Shown in pieces: positions 49,471-64,000 of a DNA stretch of 64,000 nucleotides. The notes under the pieces were generated by a model. The model was given only the letters and a program-made list of their open reading frames with translations. It was not told where the DNA came from and ran no database searches. The position numbers were made by a program, and so were the translations under genes. Within the stretch, counting starts at the first letter, position 1; each line of letters starts with the position of its first letter. This stretch comes from the human T2T-CHM13v2.0 reference genome, Homo sapiens, in NCBI RefSeq assembly GCF_009914755.1, contig NC_060944.1; one strand, given 5' to 3'.

Positions 49471-49754
49471 GGTCCCTGAATGTCCTTCCTCAGGAAATGA
49501 TGGGGGAAGGGGCGATGAGAATGAAGGAGAGGATTTAAGTCCCTCACCACCCGAGGTAGTCCTGGGCTGAGCCCCATGGGACCTGGAGAACCAGGGTGTA
49601 CCCCACCAGTGTGTCGAGTCGAGGAAGCCTCGTGGCCAGCTCCCACTTCTCTTGCTGCTGTGCAACCCAGAGCAAGGCCTGCCCCTCCAGCTTCAGTCTT
49701 CTCCCCTGTAAATGGGGCCACGGCCTTTCCTCTCAGGCCAAAATAAGGATTGAG

Positions 49755-49870
49755 GCCGGGTGCAGTGGCTCACCCCTGTAATCTTAGCACTTTGGGAGAC
49801 TGAGATGGGGGCACTGCTTGAAGTCAGGAGTTAAGACCAGCCTGGTCAACATAGTGAGACCCCATCTCTA
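49755..49870 (+). mobile_element. Alu monomer (FLAM-like)
   Basis: GGCCGGGTGCAGTGGCTCA... left-arm only. Confidence 0.8.
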
Positions 49871-50962
49871 TTGGTTTAATTTTTTTTTTAAAAAATTAAA
49901 TAAATAAAATAAGGATTGAGGAATGACTTGTACACCATTTGAGCCCACCTCCGTCTCACCCCTGCAGAGCCCCAGAGACACAGCCCTCCAGAGCTCAGAC
50001 CCAGTGGGACTTGACTCCACAGGCATAAAACCCTGTTTGTCTATGGGCCCTTTGGAATCACCAGGTTTTCGGGGCTCCTGAAGGATAGCCCCGACCTGGC
50101 CTCACCTGGCCCCTGGCCCCAGTGCCCCTGGTGATATCCAGGTGCTGGGCTGTGATCACCGCCTCCCACCAGCCCACCTCCACCAGCCCTTCCCAGAACC
50201 CTGCCCCAGGTGTTGGAACTGTGCACAGAGGAGGGAGCAGGCCCTGAGGGAGGCCTGGAGGGGCTGCGGATGGTGAAGGCTGCTGTGTCTAGCTGTTTCC
50301 TTCTGGACCCACTCCCTCTGGGCTGCGTCCCCGGCTGGTCCAAGCCCTGATCCCTGGGATCTGGGGACATCTTCCCGTTTGCTGTTCCCTGAGAACCAGG
50401 CCTCCCTCTGGAGAGGATCACAAGCTTGGGTTTCACTCTGGGCTTGCTCTTGGAAACCCCCCAGGGGCGTGGCTCTGACCGAGATGTTTTCCTGCAGCCT
50501 GTTGCCCAGTCCCCATTCCTCGGACCTCAGCTTCACATCCAGTGTCCTCGGCAGGGTGAGCTGGACGCCTACGGGTCTGAGAAGGCGCCCGGGTTCCCAG
50601 CATCAGCTGGCCACCCTCTGCCTAAGAAAGTGCCAGGGTCGTGGCACCCCCTGGTGGCTGATCCTAGGTAGTGTCACTGCCCAGCCCCAGTAAGGGAGGG
50701 CCTGGCCCCAAAGTCCAAGGGATCAGGGTGGAAAGGGGCAGGGCTTGGTGTGAACCTTCCCCTGGCCCCCAGCCATGTGCCTGGCTCTCCCCATGCTGAA
50801 GATGCTGAGGCTAGTTCCAGTGCCCGCATTGTGAAGATCTCCGAATCCCACCTCTCTGTTCCTCCCCAGCCAGATGGCTCCATTTCACACACAATACACT
50901 GAGGCCCAGAGAGTGGGGAGACAGGCCAGGGAGGCCACCTGGAGCCTGGCACAGTGGCCTCA

Positions 50963-50968
50963 TTTATT
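50963..50968 (-). terminator. AATAAA polyadenylation signal of the GGT light-chain gene
   Basis: TTTATT on + strand, ~110 nt past the stop codon. Confidence 0.85.
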
Positions 50969-51076
50969 GTGCTGCTCTGCTGCTCACAGGAGAAGCCTGT
51001 CCCCCAAAGTCCTCTTCCTCGTCCTGGTGAGTATTTTGTTCCTGGATTGCTTGTCAGCCTTGTCCGCCTGGAGCAA

Positions 51077-52547
<1,471 letters not shown>

Positions 52548-53607
52548 TCAGAAGGCCCCTGACTGTGGCTCTGACCACAACCCTCTGGCACCCACAACCT
52601 TCCGTGGCTCCCCAGGACCCAAGGGCAGGCCCAGGACCTTGCATGACCAGTCTGACTCCCTGTCTCTGTCGCATTCCAGCAACTCTGAATGTTTGTCTGC
52701 CTGGTCCTCAGCCTCCAGACCCTTGCTGCATTCAATCACTCATTCCTTCATGCAAAAAATATTTCTAGAGTTTGCACTGCATGCCTGGCACTGGGGAATC
52801 AATAGGAAACAGACACTTAGGTCCTGCCCTCATGCCAAGAAAAACAAACACACACAGCGAAAGTGCTGAAACCACAAGCCAGGTAAGGGGAATCAAGAGG
52901 CATGAGGTATGGGCAGAGTGGTTAGGGAGAGCTTCTCAGAGGAGGCAACGTGTGAAAAGAGCCTGGAATGTGGCCTAAATGGTCAGTGCAAAGGCCCTGA
53001 GGCAGGTGGTATAGGCTGGTGAGTGATAGGCAGAGAGTGAATGGAGTGGGGTGGGGAGAAAAGGCTGAAGATGCAGGCTGGGGCCCATCCCACAGGACAT
53101 CCTAGGTCCCATAACAACTGGCTTTTGCTCTGTGCCATGCAGGCTTAGGGCAGAGGAATGAGCAGGCTGGGGAGTGTTTTCACAGGGTCCCTCTGGCAGC
53201 TATGACGGGGATAAGGATAAAGTCCAAAGGGGAGGCTGTGGGTATCAACCAGGCAAGAGATGATGGCCTGGGTGGGAGAAAGAGAAGAATCAAGGATGGC
53301 GCCGACTAGCGAGGTAAACTCTGCAGAAGGGGCAGGTTTGGGGATGGTCAGGAGCTTGATTTTGGATACTTCATCAGACCTGAAGAGCATGGGTGCACGT
53401 ATAAAAAAAATAAATAAATAAGCATGGGTTCACGGGCAAGGGCGGGCTGAGAGATGAACATGGAGGTATTGACATTGAGTGGCTGCTGGATGCCATGAGC
53501 CTGGCCAAGGTCCCCAAGGCAGTGGCGAGGAGGAGATGAGGAGGTCAAGGAGGAGACAGAGAGGATGGACCCGAAGGCCGAAGAAAATGCCTCAAGGGAG
53601 TTTCAAC

Positions 53608-55765
<2,158 letters not shown>

Positions 55766-55769
55766 TCAG

Positions 55770-56120
55770 CAGGAGAGCAGGAATCTTCAGTGATCCACGG
55801 GCAGATCTGCCGCCATTGTGGGCACCTGTTCCTCCCGCGACCTTTGTGCCCGTGTCTCTCCTTCCAGTACCTATTGCATGACCCCCCACGTCCGCCTCCC
55901 GCCATTGCCAGCAAGTGCCTTGCGCGGGTACCTGGCTGCGCTTATTAATCCGTTAAGCTCACTCTGTCACCGGCGCCATTAAGTGCTCACGCGCCCACTC
56001 CCTCAGGTTTAAAAGGCGCGTTGCCCGGCAGCAGAAGAAACTGCTGGCTTCGCCTTTGGCCGAGTTGGCGGCTGGACGAGGACGCAGAGCCCAGCTCTCG
56101 AGAGTTCAAGCAACCGACGG
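55770..56120 (+). promoter_or_regulatory. CpG-rich putative promoter upstream of the POM121-like sequence
   Basis: Non-Alu CpG-rich stretch with TATA-like TTTAAAA at 56008-56014. Confidence 0.45.
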
Positions 56121-56491
56121 TTCCCCAGGGCTCCCAGGAGCGGTTACCTGGGCACTCTGTGCCCCTCCTTCCTGTTCGGGCCCAGGCCTAGGACCTGCCA
56201 GTAGGGCTCAGTTGCCTGGAGCCGGTTCAGCCCATCCCCCAGTTCACTTTGCTTGTGGGATCTCCCCGTTGCTCCTGCCTGTGGACTGAGTGGCAGGCCA
56301 TCCTACAAGCACCCGGACACTTGACATCAGTGGTGTCAAGACAACTCTAAGAAGGTTTTCCGTGATCCTGCAAGCCCTGCGTTCCTTCCTGGGATCCTGC
56401 TTTCAATTTGATTGCACAGGTACCACAGCAAGCCAGTGCTGTGTGCTCTGAGTTCCAGGGCGTCCTCCAGCTCAGCCACTCCACTGAGCAC

Positions 56492-60540
<4,049 letters not shown>

Positions 60541-61889
60541 AATCGGCCTGTGAGCATGGGTTTGATTTTCAAACAGGACCCGGAGGGTAGGGACAGACAG
60601 TGCTGTCACCCTTAGGTGCTGAACACTCAGAAACAGGCCAGCGGCAGCCCTTTCCTCACCTGCAGACACCAGATTGGGCAGGACACCACGTGGCACTTGC
60701 AGCTCTTGCAGTGAGGGCAGAACCCAGTGTCAACCCTTCTGCCTGTGGGAGGGGCTGCTGAGGCCTGCGGAGAGGCCAGGGTGGAGGCTCGTCCCCTTGT
60801 CCAGCCCTTGGCATGGTCTCCATCAGGTTCCCAGCCCACCAGTGCAGGGCGCCCCTGAGCCTGCTGCTGCCACGGGCCCGGTCTCTACCCAGGACGTCCC
60901 CCCACCCTCGCAGTGTCAGGGAAATTATCATGGTGGCGGTGACACTCCGCAGGCAGGGCTGCTGAGAGAAGCTGAGAAGGGTCACACTGCAGGCAGGGGC
61001 CCATGTGACAAGCCCCTCTCACCCCGAGAGAGCTGACCAGGCAGCTCACAAGCAGAGCCACATCCTGGGAGTCCGAGAAAGGTCCGAGAAAGCTCAGCCA
61101 CCTCATTGGCTATGGGCAGCCTTTGTCGTGTGAGCCTTGCTCTCCTGGGGAGGCTCAGGCTGACGGCTGATGTGGGCATTGCCGAGGGTAACCTGTGGCC
61201 CAGTGGATATGGCCGGGTCTCCTCAAGCTGCATTCATTCAACTAGGACCCAGGGTGCGTGCCCATCTCCAGCCCAGGGCAGCTCCCCTGTAAGCTGGGTG
61301 AGCTACTGAAGCCAAGGCGGGAGGCAGCTGACAACACCCACGGCCCATGTGGAGGTGGTGGAAAGGCTGGACTCAGCAGCAACACCAAATCCCGGACCAG
61401 GCAGAAACCACCCAAGACTGAGGGGCTCATGCCAGAGCGGTGGCCACAGGTAAGAACCCGGGCCCAGGCTGTGTGTGGCGGGAATCCTCCATGTCCCAGG
61501 GCTTAGCATAGCAAAGGAAGATCAGCTGGGTCACCCTGGTGGCCATCTGTCCCTGTCCCACCTGTAGAGTCAGAACAGCCTCTCCCCAGTGGGGATCATC
61601 TCTCTCTGCCAAAGCAACAGCGGTCCCTGCCCCAACCAGACTACCCCACTCAGTGGAGTTACGGATGCTGCTCCAGCATCCTAACACTGCCCAGCTGGCG
61701 CCTGCCTGTGCTCACCCACACCCCCAGGCCGGCCTTCCCTGCAGCCTGGGCTTGGCCACCTTGGCCTGATTGAGCACTGAGGCCTCCTGGGCACCCAGCC
61801 CCATCACTGCACCTGCTGCTTCCAGCCCCACCCCACTGGCTCAGGGGTCCTTCCCAGCGGCGCTGATCATGAAATCAACATGCAAGCAA

Positions 61890-63310
61890 GTCGTCTCAGG
61901 AAACTTTTTAATGAAAGTGTCGGCCACGGTGGTGTGTAGGTGGCTGAGCTCAGATTGCAGCTGCTAAGACACCAGCCACTTACCAAGAGAAAGCCAGGCT
62001 GCTTCAAACCCAGGGCCCGAGGCAAAAAAGCATCACTTCCAGCCGGGGAGTCTGGAAGCCACGCCTTGTGGGAGGTCACACTGGCATCTAGGCCTTCGCC
62101 TGCATTGCAGAAGGAGAGCCGGGTCCCCCTCCTGGAGAACGCTGCGTTCCCCAGCCCCACACCGGCTTTGCCACCACACAGGCTTTTGAGGCAGGAGGTG
62201 GGTAAGACGTAGCTGTAGACCCAAAGCAACCACCAGCCCTGGGACCCTGCGGGAGAGGAGCACTTTTAGAACATGGAAAAGTGTGGTCATCCCATCATTA
62301 GACAGCACACATCCTACATAAATAAAAAGTCGTATGGGGAAGGAGGTTGGGGAGGGAATAAAAAATTGGCACAGACATTGATAGACTGGTTTCCAGTTTC
62401 AAGGTAACAGATGCACATCATGAGACCAGAGGAGGCAGAGACAAGGGCTGGATTTGGCTTTTCTAAGCAACATGCGTTCCTGCCCACGGCTGAATGGTCG
62501 CTGAGACAGATGGAAGCCAGGACAGGGGAGCCCACCGGGCCCAGATAGGTACAGAGAGCAGAGGCTCCTGTTCTGTCCTCGCCACCCACGAGGGTGACAC
62601 TGCTTATAAATGGTGGCCGTGCTCTCCCAGCAAGAAAAAAGCACAACTAAATCCACACTGCACACAGACGCAGACAGAAAGCCTTCAAGTGGCTCTGTTT
62701 TCTGCTCCCTGCCTTGCCAGGTCCACAAGCAGAGAGGAGTGTCAGGTGCATGGCCCCACTGTCAGGCTCCCTAGTGAGCTGCGGGTTCAGCAGGAGTTGC
62801 CCACTGACACACAGGGGACACCCACTCCTCCCACCTTGGGAGCGGTTGCCCGACAGAGCCGCACTGGGTGCTGGTGTCATCCAGGGACCCCACACACTTC
62901 CTTAAATGTGATCCTGCTTCCCTCTGGGCAGCTGCATCCTCTCCTCCTGCAAGATTGTCTGGAAACTTGGCTCTCAGTTTGCTCTCCCTTCTCTCCTCTG
63001 CCTGCCCCAAACCCCTCTTTCTAAAAAAGTGATGCCGTGTTCATGGGGTTATTTCTTGAAAACACTTGGCGGCCTCCATGCTTCTGTTTTCTTTGAGCCA
63101 GGTGGTCAGGAGGGCTTACAAAGAATGCCTGGGCTTCCCCGCAGGTGTCGGCAGATGGGGTAGCGAATGGTCCTGTGCCTCCACCTGCTCCAGGAGGGAG
63201 TCTCCCATCTCTAGGCCTGGCCCCTTCCTAACCCTCCACGTATCCTGTTCTCCAGAGACTTCAGAACCCACTCCTGAGAACAGCGGAGCCAGGCGCTTAG
63301 AGGAAGACAA
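61890..63310 (-). pseudogene. BCR distal 3' UTR copy (BCR pseudogene fragment, no coding exons); ~59840-61890 probably BCR 3' flank
   Basis: Minus strand matches my recollection of the BCR mRNA end (...CCGACACTTTCATTAAAAAGTTTCCTGAGACGA); ATTAAA at 61907-61912; BCR fragments neighbour POM121L/GGT in LCR22 modules. Confidence 0.7.
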
Positions 63311-63985
63311 AATGTTATTAATTATTAATAACAAAATGTTATTAATTAATAACAAAATGTTATTAATTATTAATATTAATATTTAACATTAAATAGCAAT
63401 ATTTAATGTTAAATATTAATATTGATATTTAATATTAACTATTAATGTTGATATTTAATATTAATATTAATATTTAACATTAATATTTAATATTAATATT
63501 TAATATTAATTATTAATATTTAATATTAATATTTAATATTAATTATTAATATTTAATATTAATATTTAATATTAATTATTAATATTTAATATTAATATTT
63601 AATATTAATTATTAATATTTAATATTAATATTTAATATTAATTATTAATATTTAATATTAATATTTAATATTAATTATTAATATTTAATATTAATATTTA
63701 ATATTAATTATTAATATTTAATATTAATATTTAATATTAATTATTAATATTTAATATTAATATTTAATATTAATTATTAATATTTAATATTAATATTTAA
63801 TATTAATTATTAATATTTAATATTAATATTTAATATTAATTATTAATATTTAATATTAATATTTAATATTAATTATTAATATTTAATATTAATATTTAAT
63901 ATTAATTATTAATATTTAATATTAATATTTAATATTAATTATTAATATTTAATATTAATATTTAATATTAATTATTAATATTAAA
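63307..63985. repeat. AT-rich repeat: three 21-24 bp ACAAAATGTTATTAATT units, a 24-bp-arm hairpin, then ~15 copies of a 33-bp pure A/T unit
   Basis: AATTATT recurs every 33 bp from 63508 to 63970; no G or C from 63479 to 63985. Confidence 0.95.
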
Positions 63986-64000
63986 GGAGAAATTAATGTA

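Noticed and set aside
63479-63985. 33-bp periodic array as a CRISPR-like locus
   Set aside because: Contiguous identical units without spacers in primate DNA; a VNTR.

Overview
Primate (almost certainly human) genomic DNA in two very different parts. Bases ~1-41,750 are AT-rich, gene-poor and mostly old interspersed repeats: two same-orientation MER66/MER4-group ERV1 elements (one a complete ~6.1 kb two-LTR provirus), a MER52 solo LTR, L1s, MaLR LTRs, Alus and simple repeats. Bases ~41,758-63,310 are a GC-rich, Alu-dense block resembling the 22q11 low-copy repeats (LCR22). It carries a GGT5 exon-1 remnant, an HERV-K(HML-2) LTR5 solo LTR, an intact 5-coding-exon light-chain-only gamma-glutamyltransferase gene (225 aa, recognised as GGTLC1, which would place the window on 20p11), a disabled POM121-like pseudogene with an internal 927-bp duplication, and the distal BCR 3' UTR. 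The block ends in a hairpin and a pure A/T 33-bp tandem array. Main leads: (1) the block starts with a poly(A) tract just after an ATTAAA-terminated cryptic last exon, raising the possibility of an RNA-mediated origin; (2) the GGT5 exon-1 remnant has a new strong-Kozak ATG and an intact donor that could splice in frame to that last exon, giving a 73-aa membrane micropeptide; (3) a duplicated Alu-Alu-CpG module may supply GGTLC1 with a borrowed first exon; (4) a 14-bp minisatellite forms a cluster of POU octamer/E-box sites. Repeat subfamily names and comparisons with GGT1, GGT5, POM121L1P and BCR come from recalled sequences, not from database searches.
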